From the NCBI GenBank assembly GCA_013265495.1, contig MU058009.1:498001-562000 (forward strand): DNA of 64,000 nucleotides, in the 5' to 3' direction. The notes beneath the pieces are model-generated. The model ran no database searches and was not told the DNA's origin. It saw only the letters and a program-made list of their open reading frames with translations. This document shows, one piece after another, positions 50,863-63,750 of the stretch. This DNA comes from Vicugna vicugna (taxonomy: Eukaryota). Made by a program: the position numbers and the translations under genes. Position 1 is the first letter of the stretch. Every line of letters begins with the position of its first letter.

Positions 50863-53800
50863 ATCCGTGAGAGTTTGGAAGCACTGCTGCTTGCAAATGG
50901 GCCCATTAAAAGCAGATAAATCAATGGGAATTGCACAAAAATATCTCATTTATCTTAAGGTGTGTTGGACAGGGTTTTGAGTTTGACATACATTTATTCT
51001 AGAAATCTGTTTATCTGTGCAATGTTTCTGAACAAAATACTTTGTGATGAACCATTCTCACTCCTCGAATCTATATGAAGAGCAATTAAATTCAAACCTC
51101 AAAGACCAAACATGATGAACACAGCAGACACACTATCAGTTTGTCATTTCACCACTGCCCTCCCTCCCTCTTGGATAACGTCTTCTCCATGGGCTCAAAG
51201 GCAGACATCTCCTGCTCTTATGAAACGTGTTTCTCACGTCTTCATCCAAGGCAAATCCCCCAACCATTCCCTGAAGATCACAGATGATGCGACGCTGGTG
51301 AGATGTCTGAAGGGGGTTGGAAGTGATGGCCCTGGAGTGAACGACCTGCCTCAGTCCTGCCCGCACGTGACTCCAGCTTGAGAGACACACATGCATCAGC
51401 AAGGTCGGAACTCACTCACAGCAGCATAGGCGTGGGCAGGAGCCCTTGAGCAAGGTGAGATGTGGGGAAAATAAAGAGTCTACTCCACTGTGCCTGTGAT
51501 CTCGGGGAAGCTCCCTCATTACCAGCCCCACGCCTCATGCAGTTTTGCATTCTCAGCCCCTACCAGGTGGCGGGCAACTGCGGGGACTGAGAGCGAACAG
51601 ACCCTCATCTGGGCAAAGAGCCTGGCACAGCAGTTTCTTAAAAAATATCCAATGAACATGACTATCGAATGACTACATCCGCACACGTGAAACAATGGGT
51701 CCCAGACCAGGCGGCAAAGTATTCCAGGCACGTTCATAGGTTTGGAGTGGAAGTGACATGGTCCCTTAGGTCACAAAGGGCATTACTGATTACAGTCAGT
51801 ATGTTCAGATTAGCGTCCACCGTCTACAGTCCCACGGTGGGGCCCCTGTGTACAGCACCCTTCTCCCAAATAGACAGACAGCCTTCAGCTGCTCAATGAA
51901 ATCGTCCAGTTAGATAAACTCTGCGAGGAGTCTGCCTGGCCCTCCTTTTATTCCATGTTGGGTCCGCCCTCCTAGGAAGCCAGAAGTATGCAAGAACAGA
52001 AGTATGAACAAAAGACCAGAAATTCTCTAGGAAGCACACTGAGAGTTTCAGCTCGGCATTTCTGCACAAGTGCTGGGGACACACCCAGCAACTCTGTCCC
52101 CGGGGGCACACCAACAGCTTGTGTTCTAAGCTCCTCCAAATAAGGATTTATTAAAACAGAATCAAGTGACAGTCTTGGAGCTAAGGCAGCACAGACGAAG
52201 ACCCTGAGGTTCTGCGGAGATGTTGACTTTTTATCAAGGTCAACACTGAGATTTATTGACCCAAGAGGTAAATATTGACGGAGGCTCAGGAGGTCAATAT
52301 TTGCCCCAAGGAAAAAGAAATCTTCCCCGTGACCCCCAAACTGAAATCTGTCTTCAGTAGACTCAGTTCCAAAATGAATTAGCTGTGACACAGATTAAGA
52401 TATCATTTCATTAGACTGTCTAGGGCATTGGAAAGCAATATTAATACCGAGCACTTCCAGTTCAAAGCACTTTCCAAACATTCATTAAAGCGTACCACGC
52501 TCTGCCAGATGCGTAAGACTGTTGGCCCTCCCAACTCAACAGATGGGTCTTGAGAGCCAAGAAAAGGTTAACTAACAAAGCCGGCATGAGAATGAGAAGA
52601 TGGATTAGACGTAAGCGTGGGTTGGGAGCTCTGGGGGGACTAGCAAAGATCTATAGGACGAAGCCTTAATTAAAGTTCCTGGTAAAAACGTAAGTCCATT
52701 TGATTTAATTACTTTAATTTAGTTAATTTATTTCCCATTGTTGACAAATCTCCTTGGGTCGGTCAATTGTATTGCTTATTTACAGGGAGGCGTTTTGGCT
52801 GTTTACACATCATAAGCTCTATCTATCGAACACTGGTACTGGACTTAGCGAGTGAAGTACGCTGGTAGTTACTGGGGGGGAAGGGTCACGGCCTGTTCTT
52901 CTAGCTGCGTGATAGTTACCACCCCCCAATTCTCAGGACTGCCTTGGCCTTCACAGTGGGGTCCTGGGATGCGGCTACTGAGAAGCATGATAAACTACTC
53001 ACCCACAAGTAGCTGGCATTTGAATACCTGTATCTAATTATTCTTCCTTTCATAATGTCTCAAAACTGAACTGTAAATATTGTTAAGCTTTGATTGTCTT
53101 TGCCACAGAGAGAAAAGAGACATAGATAATCCAAAATATCATCCAACTCAGCAATCTTATTTCCTTCTGACTTCAGACTATATTATTTCCCTGGGTATCA
53201 CGTTGGCCTCATTATGTTCTTCTTTGGCTATTGAACACTGGGAAATAATGAACAATTCCACAGCATCAGCCAGTGACAGCCAGAGAAGTCACAGAATGTG
53301 ACGTGTTCTGGGTGTCAAGACAGTAACTTCGAGGACGTGCTCTGTCTAACCCACACCCAGGTACTGGAGTTGACGGAGCTCAACTTCTAGAATTTTGAAC
53401 TGTCAAAGTTATACCAGTTGACTTAAGTCTGTTGGAGGGACAGTGGGGTCTTACTAGCATGTCCATTCTGTTCACTTGGAAAGAAAACAATTTGGCTTGA
53501 GTAGATACAAGGGGTTAGCTGATGCCAGGGTCTGAAAAAAAAAAAAAGAACGCAGGAGTCCTGGCCAGCAGTGTCTTCTCCTGCACTAGGATTTTGGAAC
53601 TGCTCAGGGGATAAGTGAAACCAACAGGAACTGACACGGTTACCAAGGGGCAATTGGACTGGCGATATGGCGCAGACAAATGAAAGTGTTTACGGGATGT
53701 AATATTTAATAACGTAAAATGAAACAGTCGGCAAGAGCAGGCAGGAGATGAAAAGATCTGCAGCGCGTCAGAATCCCCGCCGAGTGTCAGCACGGAGTGC

Positions 53801-54569
53801 ATCTCCTGGGGGTCTGGGTAAGCAAGGCGCGCTTCTGCTGGAGTTGTTGTCTTGGGTGTATTGATTGTGTGTGCTCTAGTCAAGCTGTCAGCTTCTCCCT
53901 CCTGTCTTCATTTTATTTTTTATTTTCTACATTGCAGCATCCCCCTAAACCCTCACATAATGCTTGGCCTTCAAAGCTTAGCCGCGGAGCCATCAAGAGC
54001 TCAGCAGAGGAGGTGGAGGGGGGGTAGGGGAGGAGGGGTGCGGACAGGCCAGTTCTGCACCCCCGCCCCGGGCACCATCCCCTTGTCCCTCCGTCTCCAC
54101 GTGCCTGTGTGCTGGGAGCCCAGCGACCTCCCCAGACCCTGCTCCTGACTGGCGTGGGCGCGACATGGACCAGCTCGTTCTTACAAACAGCGCTCCCTTG
54201 CTCCGCGTTAAGTCACTTCACCTGTAAACACATCAGCTTTCTCGGCTGGAAACTGGGAATCACAGCCACCTGACAGGACTGTCTGGAAGATTAAATGCGA
54301 TAATAAACCGAAAAGGCTGCGCACACTGTCTGGCCCGGAGCTGTCCTCGGTGAGTGGCAGCTGCTGCTGTCCCAGCGATCTCCACAGAAGTCGGTGGTCG
54401 AGTTAAGGGAGGGTCTGGACTCCAGAATGCCTGGGCCTGAACGCGGAGTCCTGGAATTCTGGAGCTGAAAGGGCCCCTGAGAGATCACCTCACCATCCAC
54501 CCAGCTGTCTTCCCATCCGCCCAGACAGCTGCCAATCTCTTTGCTTTTAAAAGACCATTAGATTATCAC

Positions 54570-54745
54570 AAACGCAGGGAACTAGATTCAATATCTTATA
54601 GTCACTGATTATGGAAAAGACTCTGAAAAACAATATATAGGTATCTGTACAACTGAATCACTATGCCATACACCTGAAACTAACACAACATCACAAATCA
54701 ACTATACTTCAGTTTAAGGAGAAAGAAAAAAAAAGAAAAAACAAT
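54570..54745 (+). mobile_element. L1 3' end (cetartiodactyl type) with A-rich tail
   Basis: 'cagggaactagattcaatatcttatag...aactgaatcactatgccatacacctgaaactaacacaacatcacaaatcaactatacttcag' followed by an A-rich tail. Confidence 0.88.
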
Positions 54746-55138
54746 AGAAAAGGTTCAGAAACACAACCTCACAGCAGCTTGAGTAGCTCAGACACCTTTC
54801 GACCTGTAAAGGGGGAAGGGAGGGTGTGGGAAGGGACTGGGCCCCTTCCACAGCCCTTCCTCTCGTGTGTGTAAAATTATTCCATTTCCATCAGCTGTTT
54901 CTCAGCAAGTGTCTCTGCCCTGTGCTCTTCCATTGGCGCCCACAGATTCTCCAAAGGACATCGCGAGCTCTACCTGCCTACCCAGCCTTGGCGTGTGTGT
55001 GGGGGTCCTCCCTACCTGTGCTAATAGGTGAAAGCCAATCAGTTTGTGCCCTGTGTTAACGAGGTCCAAGACCTAACAGGGCATCACTTCCCACGGCGCA
55101 TAGCATCCCATGGCCTCCAAACTTTCACCTCGCCATCT

Positions 55139-55205
<67 letters not shown>
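55139..55205. repeat. About (TAA)21 microsatellite
   Basis: Directly visible. It causes the poly-N and poly-L ORFs in the track. Confidence 0.98.
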
Positions 55206-55207
<2 letters not shown>

Positions 55208-55424
55208 ACAATGACAAAACTTCCCTTTATAATGCTCTTTTCTGAATCTAATCTTCCATGTCTCACATGATCTTCACAGCAACCCATGGCAGAGGTGAGG
55301 AAGCAGGTGTAGAGAAAAGCCAGGTGATGTGGCCGGGGTCTTAGAATCAGAATGAAATGTCCACTTAAACCCAAGTCGTTGGAGGCCAAGCGCCACGTTC
55401 TTTATATTATACAGCCAGTGAAAA

Positions 55425-55654
55425 TGACTGCATCTCAGCTGGGGCAAGTCCTCCCCCCGACTCCTTCCCCAGGGACCTTTGTCAGTGTCTGGAGACATTT
55501 TGTTCATCACCCCTGGGGAGTGGGTGGGTCCACTGGCTTCCAGGGAGTAGAGGCGGAAGATGCGGTTAAGGATCCTGCAGCGCACAGGACCGCCCATCAC
55601 AACGAAGAATCACCCATCCCGAAACAGCAGCAGTGCCGAGGCTGAGAACCCCTG
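55425..55654. mobile_element. MER20 hAT-Charlie DNA transposon
   Basis: 'ccccagggacctttgtcagtgtctggagacatttt...ctggcttccagggagtagaggc...catcc/gatcctgcagcgcacaggac...cagtgccgaggctgagaacccctg'. Confidence 0.88.
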
Positions 55655-56539
55655 CCTTAGACTCGTCACGAGGGACAAATAACAGTGACCTGACCGTCAG
55701 CCCAGGCCTGCTCCCCTGATTGTCCTAGTGGGCCCACCTGCCTTCCGCAGAGACGCTTCACGGACATTTGCAAAGGAAGCTGGGCTGCTCGGAGGAAACT
55801 TAATAGCTACATGCAGAGTTGTTGGATTTGGGAAAGCCGCTGGTGAAGTTATTTTCATTGTGCTTTTTAAATTAGTTTGGGAGTTGGTGTTCTTCTTTAC
55901 ATAATTACAAGCTGACAAACATGCTTCTGTATTTTTTTTAATTAACAGATATTTGTATTCCAGTCCTCCAAATTACACACCGCAGCCGGCACATTACAGG
56001 ACAGCTGCCGTACTCCAGATGTGGGCAATAACCAGAACATGGTAATGGCAAAATGCAAAAGGAAGACAGGAAAAAAAGAAGAAAAAGTCAATGTATCTGG
56101 ATGGAGAAGAGCAATTTTAGTCAATGTGTTTGGATTTTTTTTTTTTTTTAACAGAGATGAATACCTTAGATGCTCCCAAATTTTCAGCTCGGTTTGAACA
56201 TTTGGGATGAAGCCGTCTGGGTCATTCGTTGGTGCCATCAAAGGCTCACCAGCGCCTTGTAAAAGCAGATTACAGATGAAATGGGGCACGTATAAATGTT
56301 AACAGTGTGCTGGAGAAACTATTCAAATTACTCCTGTTTACAAGTACCCTACTAAATATGCTAAGCTCCTCCTGAAGAAGGCTGCTCTGAGATGGGTGAG
56401 CTGTCATATTTATGTATTTAGCCCATTTATAAGACTGCACCCTTTTTGCTCACTTTATCCCAGGAGGAGGCTCTCAGGAGCCCGTGGATCTGGAATCCTA
56501 TGCAATAGGACTTTGCAGTAGAAAAGGGGCGGGGGTATG

Positions 56540-56685
56540 AGGTGAAATTTCTAGTTGCAGGCCTGCCGGCAAGCTTGCTGTGTGACTCTAGGAAGAAGAC
56601 TGCACCTCTCTGGGTCCCAGTTCCTTCATTTGTAAACAGGCTGGGTGTGGCTGGACGGTATCTCAAGTCCCTGCAGCTCTAACAG
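56540..56685 (+). mobile_element. MIR-family SINE fragment
   Basis: 'ttgctgtgtgactctagg...cctctctgggtcccagttccttcatttgtaaa...gctggacggtatctcaagtccctgcagctctaac'. Confidence 0.7.
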
Positions 56686-57906
56686 GATATGATTACATGT
56701 GTTTCCAACCATCCTGAAAAATTCTGCCACATCTTTGGAACAGGTCTCTGCCGGGAGAGACCTAGGCTCTGGGACCACCAGAGAACCAGGCTCAGAGCAC
56801 AGCCAACTTCTCTTCGGACAGAAGATGGCGCTCAAGTGCCAATGCAGCCGCTCATCGGTGAAAACCAGGTTGGGGGCAAAAGGGTCAGTGAACATCAGTG
56901 TGGTCCAGGCGGATTCAGTCAATAAACGCTTGCTGAAGGCCTCCCGTGGGCACAGGGGGAGGAGAGCTAAGACAGATTTCTATCTTTAGGAACGCCAGTC
57001 TTCCAGCGAGAGGGGCTACCGCGGGGGAAAACTTAGGGGCCGTTCAGTAGGGTGTGGCAAGTCTGAAGAGGGGGCAAGCGTGGGTGCTAGGAAAATTCAC
57101 AGAAAGAGTGAAAGAAGTCTCCTGAGGAAGGGCTGTCCAGGCAGAGTCTGGAAGGATGAGTCGGTGGGAACCAGGGCAGAGGGAGTAAGAAGGTCTCTTT
57201 GGGGTTGTGGAGCTGTGGGGAGGGCAGGATGCAGCGTGGTGTGTTCAGGGCGATGGAAGCCGCCCTGTATCAGGATGCAGGGGCTGCCCTCCACACGGCA
57301 GAGTCTGCCCCCGTGAACAAAGGCAGAGGGAGCAGCAGTGGAAGGGCCTCCAGCGAGCTGTGATGGCGGGCTTGACGCTCTTCACACCGTTGATGGCAGG
57401 AGGCTAATTTGAGTACTTTAGCGATGGGCTTGCCGTAGCAGAATAGGGCTTTTGCGGATGTCTTCAAAGTTGGAGAGGGGTTCCTCCCAGGATGTTCTTG
57501 TTGGGTGGAGGAAAGAGGCAGCAGGAGAGCCTTTCCATGCTTTTTAACCTTCCACCTTCTCCCTACCCTGCACTGCCTGGGAACTGCAGAGTTCTGGGGT
57601 CCGAGTGCGCTAAGTGCTGTTGAAGGGTTGGCATTTTGTTCCAGCAAAACCAATGAGGGGAAACAGTTTTGTGTTAATAGGCTTAATGCAAGACTCCACC
57701 TGAGTTAAGACGACACAACGCGAAAGAAAACCTGGCTGAAATTAGCCTTCTTTTTTTTACCCAAGTCAAACCACAGCCAAGCTGCACAGGGTTGACACTG
57801 CCACCTGGGGGTGGGTTGGGGGACTGCGGCCTTCTCTCCCTCCACCCTCTTCCCTTCAGGGATGTTATGCATTTCGAAAGTCCTTCTTCCTGTTTTTCAC
57901 TCTTCA

Positions 57907-58008
57907 CTTAGCATGCACAAGGTCCTGGGTTCAATCCCCAGTACCTCTGTTGAAAAATAAATAAACCTAATTACATTTCCCCACCAAAACAAACAAACAA
58001 ATAAACAA
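57907..58008 (+). mobile_element. 5'-truncated tRNA-derived SINE, camelid vic-1-like
   Basis: 'cttagcatgcacaaggtcctgggttcaatccccagtacctc' (tRNA B-box/T-arm region), then 'aataaataaacctaattac' and a (caaa)n tail. Flanked by 'cactta' at 57905-57910 and 58009-58014. Confidence 0.8.
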
Positions 58009-58604
58009 CACTTACAAGTGCCCTGACACCCTTTTAGGGTTCAGAAAAGTCATGCATTGCATCAACATATTGTCCTCTAAAGAAATCTGATTTTTATTAA
58101 GTACCAAATTACGGAAGAGTTTTTTGATTTTACCTTTTTAAATTCAGTCATTGAATTGTTAACGAGTTTACTGACACGATGACAGGGATGGCTTCTACAC
58201 GATATTAAACTGCAGACATTTAGTATTTCAGCTACATTCCGAGTTAAATACAATTCTGTGGATTTGCTTAGGAATCCAGTTTAATTTAGAACACTGCTTC
58301 CATAACAATGGTGTTTGCCGAGTTCCAAATAAGTGACATCTGAGGAAGTGAAGAAACACTTGAGCGTGGGTATCTGATAAGTCTCTAGGAGATGTCCATG
58401 CAGCTGCAGAGGGACAGACTGGCTGTGGCGGTGCTGTGGTCTCTCCCTCGGATTCCAGCCCCCAGTACCTCCATCACTTGCAGTGGCTGCGAATGGCTCC
58501 GGTAATTTTAAGAGTTGAAACAGTAAACAAATATTGCTTTTCAACTCCCCTTTAATCTGTTGTTAGTCCCCTCAACACAACAGCTTTCACCTTCCTTTGT
58601 ATCT

Positions 58605-59087
58605 CTTTTTTTTTTATTGAAGTGTAGTCAGTGTACAATGTTGTGTCAACGTCTGGTGTGCAGCATAATGTTTCAGTCATACATATATTCATTTTCATAT
58701 ACTTTTTCATTGTAGGGTACTATAGTTCCCTGTGTTATACCATATAAAGTTGTTGTTTATCTATTTTATATATAGTAGTTAGTATCTGCAAATCTCAAAC
58801 TCCCAATTTATCCTTTCCCACCTCCTTCCCCCTCTGGTAACCATAAGTTTGTTTTCTATAGCCGTGAGTCTGTTTCTGTTTTGTAAATAACTTCATTTGT
58901 CTTTTGTTTACATTCCACATACATGGTATTTTTCTTTCTCTTTCTGACTTACTTCACTTAGAATGATCATCTTACTTCACTTAGAATGACAATCTCCAGG
59001 TCCATCTATGTTGCTGCAAATGGCATTATTTTATTCTTTTTTATGGCTGAGTAATATTCCACTGTATACATATACCACAACTTCTTT
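58605..59087 (-). mobile_element. 5'-truncated L1 (3' UTR to end of ORF2), lineage-specific
   Basis: Poly-T, then 'attgaagtgtagtcagtgtacaatgttgtg...tggtaaccataagtttgttttcta...ccaggtccatctatgttgctgcaaatggcattattttattc...ggctgagtaatattccactg'. Imperfect TSD ctttgt(c)atctct. Confidence 0.93.
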
Positions 59088-61439
59088 GTCATCTCTCTCA
59101 ATGAAGCAGATTCTTACTTAGGTGGGTTTTGACTGTTTATGAGCAGAATGTATTATCTACAATTCTGGTAACATGAATTCCAAAACAAAACTGAAGAGAT
59201 GTCACAAAAAGTGCACCAGTTTGGAGGTTAAATCATTAGTGAAAAATCACCAAGATGTGTGTCTGATCCTTGAACGAACAGGGGTTGCAGACGCAACTCA
59301 CTGAGTGCCCGGTTTTTCCAGCTATGACCAGAGAGTAATGATCTGTATCTAAAGGAATGTAATCATTACCAATTGCTTAGAAAGTCTCAAGAGATAACAG
59401 CTAGGTGTGAAAATGAGAGTTAGAAGCCCTGGACGGTGGACAGGCTTTTTAGGTTCTATTCTGGGTGCCGTCTTCTCTGTCCTGTCATCTGACCTTCGAC
59501 ATGTCATTGAGACTCTTTCTTTCTTGCGCCCATTAAAGGGATCGCATGACCTTAACTCAGCACTCCTAGGAGGGGGAGTCACTGTAGTGAGAGCTCTGAA
59601 AGGAACCATGGAGGTGAAAAAAAATCATTGTGATTCTCTGCTTTGAGGTCAACCTAAACTGTTAGTACAGAAGGCACTTGTCATAAATCAACGTCTCTGA
59701 CCTAAATTAGCCAAGACCACCAGGCTGGGCTTCTGCGTCTTTCCTAGAGTCCATCCTGTAAGGCTTGCAGACAAAGAGACAGGGGACTCTTGCTATTTAT
59801 TTCAAAAGACTCTAATTTTTCAAACATACTGGTTCTTTGTGACTTGGGCTCAGTGCACAGACAGCACGACCAGGAACTGAACCTGATGAGGTAAAAGCAA
59901 CATCTGAAAATTCAACCAGGCTGGGAGAGACAGATGCATGACAGAGAATTTATAGGGTCCCTTTTCCAATTTATGATTATAAACCCATGGCTGCAAAGTG
60001 ACACAGAAGCTCGTCTGGTTTCTCCCGTTTGGAAAGCTGAGAATTGCAGATGAGTTAGAGGGCAGGCTATCTCACAGGGAAAAATATCACAGGAGAGAAT
60101 CGGCCTGCATACCTTTCCCAGACCTGTGATTGCACAGAAAAGGCCTGGCAGAGTGAGAGGCATTGTGCGCCCATCTCCCTTCCCATGCTGTGTTTCCCCT
60201 GAGACTAAGGGAAGCCTTGATCCTGGTTTTCCTAGCCTCCCTTGCAGCTAGAGTGCAGGCCCAGGACCCAGCCACTGCTCACGTGACCCACTTCTCAGAC
60301 TCAGCCTCGAGAGGCAGGGATGCTGAGAAGTGGCTAAGCAGAGCATCCCTTCTGGCAGGGCTGGTGAGATCGGCGCTGGGGTCAGCGTGTGTGCAGGTCA
60401 CAGCGGGCGTGCGGATGATGGTCTGGGGTATTATGCGGACCACCTCAGAGCCTGGTTCATCGGCTTTTGTGCAATTCTGTGACCTGCCCACTATTCTATT
60501 TACACCAGCCAGATGGCTCCTGTTGCTGGCCGCTCAGGCCCCTGCTGACACCGTACCCACGTGTGCATGCAAGCACCCCTCATGTGTGTACACACCACAC
60601 CACACACCCTCTCTTCCTTCCCTGTGCAGTCTTCTTCTCTTGCCTTGAAAAATGTTGCAGCACAGCTAGCTGACAAACCGCAGAGGAGTCAGGGGAAAAA
60701 GCCCTTTATTCATTTTCCCCATCGTCCACATAAAATGTGACAGAGAAGAAGGAACAATATTCTGCTCTGATTGAGCTGATCGCCTGAAATCTACCCTCTC
60801 TTCCACTCAAGCAGGACGCTGGCCAAAGTCAATGGGAATTCGATTTGTATAACTAAGGGCAGAGCTGAGCCCAGAGAGGCTGGAGAACAATTTAGCACAC
60901 AACTTATTTCGCTGCCAACACTGAGTTTTGGAAAAAAAAAAAAAGAAGAAGAAGAAGAAAGAGGAAGAAATTGAGTCCTGAGGTGAATCTGCATGAGTAT
61001 GTTAGTCACGGGCTTCTGAGTAACAGGCCAAACATCCCCGGGCATGAAGATCTGCTCATTTTTATGGTGGGAGAGTCTTCTTAGGCTGTCTGCATTGCCA
61101 CAGTTCCCAGCCCCTGCACGGCCAAGCTCAAACTGACCCACCCAATGTCGAGGTGGCCTCGGGGGCCCCCACTCAGTGGCAAAGAGAAAGCTGGCTAAGG
61201 CACACGCTCCCCTGGGCGAAAGCTGGGAGCCTGAAAGGGTTGGCAAAAATGGATCAGTGGGCGGGGCAAGGTCAGCTGCTGCTGTGTGACAAAGAGCCCC
61301 AGATGGTTCTGAAACCATGGTTCTGAGCTTAGGTCTGGACCCAGTTCTGTTACAAAAAATTAGGCTGCCCCTGACCAAGACCTTGTACCTCTCTGGATCT
61401 CAGTCCCCTTGTCTGAAACAGAGTTAGCCGTACTAGTAC

Positions 61440-61648
61440 GGTGCAGTGGAAAGGGCATGGGTTTAAGAGACACAAAACTCAAACACAAGCTTTATGACCT
61501 TGGGCAAGTAACTCCACGGTGCTTCCATTCTGATGTCTATAAAACAAGCGGGATGCTTTTTAGAGGGTTTGGGAGAATTAAGAGTCATGATAGATACAAA
61601 GTAGGCACCACGCTGTCCAGCAAAAAGGGATTCAGTAAATGCTAGTTT
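61440..61648 (+). mobile_element. MIR SINE
   Basis: 'gtgcagtggaaagggcatgg...tatgaccttgggcaagtaact...tctataaaa...agagggtttgggagaattaa...tcagtaaatgctagtt'. Confidence 0.7.
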
Positions 61649-61649
61649 C

Positions 61650-61780
61650 ATCTGTTCATTGATTCATTCACTGATTCATCGATTCATTGAACACATATTT
61701 ATGGATGCTCCCAGCATGCAAGGAGTGTGCTAAGCACTGGGGACCTAGTGGTTTGTGTGACAGATGGTGCTGTTCCTACT
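61650..61780 (-). mobile_element. L2 3' terminus
   Basis: 'ttcattgattcattcac...aacacatatttatggatgc...gtgtgctaagcactggggac'. Confidence 0.7.
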
Positions 61781-62526
61781 AGAAGGGGCAGGTTCATGGT
61801 CTGTGATCAGCGGTGGGGGGTGGGCAGAACAAGACTCATGACCTCATCTGTCGTCCTGTAAGCTTCCTGAGGGCAGAGACCAGCTCCAACTCTGCTTCCT
61901 GCCTGTGTACAGTAGGTGCTCAATGAATGTTTGGGGTTGGGTTAAGGTACATACAATGTACAGTGTTGCAGGTGCTGATTCTGCAGATAAGACATCGCGT
62001 GCTTTCTGTCAAGTGTTTTAAGTGTTGCTTGAATGCTCATCACCTACGTCCCTTTCCTCTCCGTGTCCTTCTGACTCCATTATCTCTGGACTGTGGTCAA
62101 ATAGCTGTTTTCAATATATTTCTTTACCTGAGTTTTAAGAATGTGGGAAGTGCTTGAGGTCACCATAGACGAACCTCTCTCCCTGTGCGATCTCCTTGAC
62201 GCCAGCTCTTACACATTAGGATCCAGTCTCCCCGTGGAGATGGCTTTTGATGGGCGGCTGGCTGCCTAACAAGGCCACCTGCTTCCTTTTCCAGCAGCTC
62301 TCTTCCTCGGCAAAGTCCTTCCTCCCGCCTTCCTGTGATTTCATTAAACAAGTATTTGCTGGCCTCCTCCTGGGTGCCAGGCACCCTATTTGGAACCAGA
62401 GACACAGGCGTGAGTAGCCAGGGTTCCCACCTTCCGGTGGCCGACAGGGGAGTCGAGGACTCCTCTTAACCACATGCGAGAGTCTAACTTTTATTTCTGA
62501 AGACAGTTATTTTGTTCTTCCAAGTC

Positions 62527-62722
62527 ACTGTTGCTTAAAATATGGTCTTTGGGCCACTGGAATGAGAACTGCCTGGAACGTTTGTTTGATTGCAATCTCC
62601 CGGGCTCCTCCTGGGATCAATGAATCGGAATCTCTGTGAATCTGGGGATTGGATTCACTGGAATCTGCAATTGAAACAAGCACCCCAGGTGATTCTGATG
62701 CACAATAAAGCTAGAGAACCCC
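62527..62722. mobile_element. MER5-like DNA transposon
   Basis: 'aatgaatcggaatctctg...ggaatctgcaattgaaacaagcaccccaggtgattctgatgcacaataaagctagagaacc'. Confidence 0.8.
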
Positions 62723-63509
62723 GAAGTCTTGACTTGCCTAAATAACACACAGTTTCCCCACCCTCCTCAGATGACTTAACCCCCAGGCTTGGCACCACCC
62801 TGGCTCTTCTGCGTACGTCCTCGTTTGTGAGCAGCTAAGGCATGACCCTCAGGGTGGAGCACACTTATCCCACATGGGGTCACATCAGCAGAGAGTGCTG
62901 TGGGACCACCAGTGTCCCCAGCCCGAACACAGTGCTTTCTACTGAGGAAACGGAAGGGTCCACTATCTGTCACCATGTCACACAGTGAGCTCATTGCTGA
63001 GATTTCGATAAACAAATCTTTTCAGTTAAGACTCTGGAATACACCTGACAGAGGATGATTTGTTTATCAAATTTGCAAATAATACAACATCACAAAGGAG
63101 AGACAGATGATGAAATTATAATGCCAATCTTTTTTCTTAAATGAAATGTTAGCATGACTTGCTCTGAGCAAGCCCATGGTGGCTTCTAGTGACCACAGAT
63201 GACTTTCTGGGTGTTTATGAACCATCAAATTAATCTCTTGCAGATTTGTTTTTCTGGAGGTCTCTATGACCTCCTGTCCACTGTTTCTAGAATCTACTGC
63301 CATCTACTCCTCCACTTTAAAAATAAAAAATCACGATATTTTTCCAGACTCTCCTATTTTCCATTATTTCTTGACTATTGTTCACCCAGCATGGTTCCAG
63401 GGACATAGCTTCAAATTGTTTCAATATCCCGGGAAGTTAATTTTGTTGGGCTTTGTAATCAGATTTGTTTTAAACATTTAATCATCATCACCATCCTCAT
63501 CAGCATCAC

Positions 63510-63750
63510 GACAGCTAACGTTGATTGAATTTTTTTATGTGTCAGACTTTGAGTGTTTTATTGGCATCCTATCTTTTAATCTTTACAACAGATCTGTGAC
63601 ATACATATTCTTGTCACCTCTATCTTACAGTAGGGAAAACTCAACCAGGAGAGGTTACCACGGGCACAAGTTTACGAAGAGGCCGAGCTGCCGCTGCATC
63701 CTTGACCTCTGGGACTCTGGACCACCCACCACTTTATGCAGGCTCTGACC
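63510..63750 (-). mobile_element. MIR SINE
   Basis: 'acagctaacgttgattga...tatgtgtcagac...tttaatctttacaaca...cttacagtagggaaaactca'. Confidence 0.65.

Noticed and set aside
55028..55389. Poly-Asn and poly-Leu ORFs
   Set aside because: Translation artefacts of the (TAA)n microsatellite.
57907..57950. tRNA gene
   Set aside because: Only the 3' half is present, and it is followed by a SINE tail and TSD.
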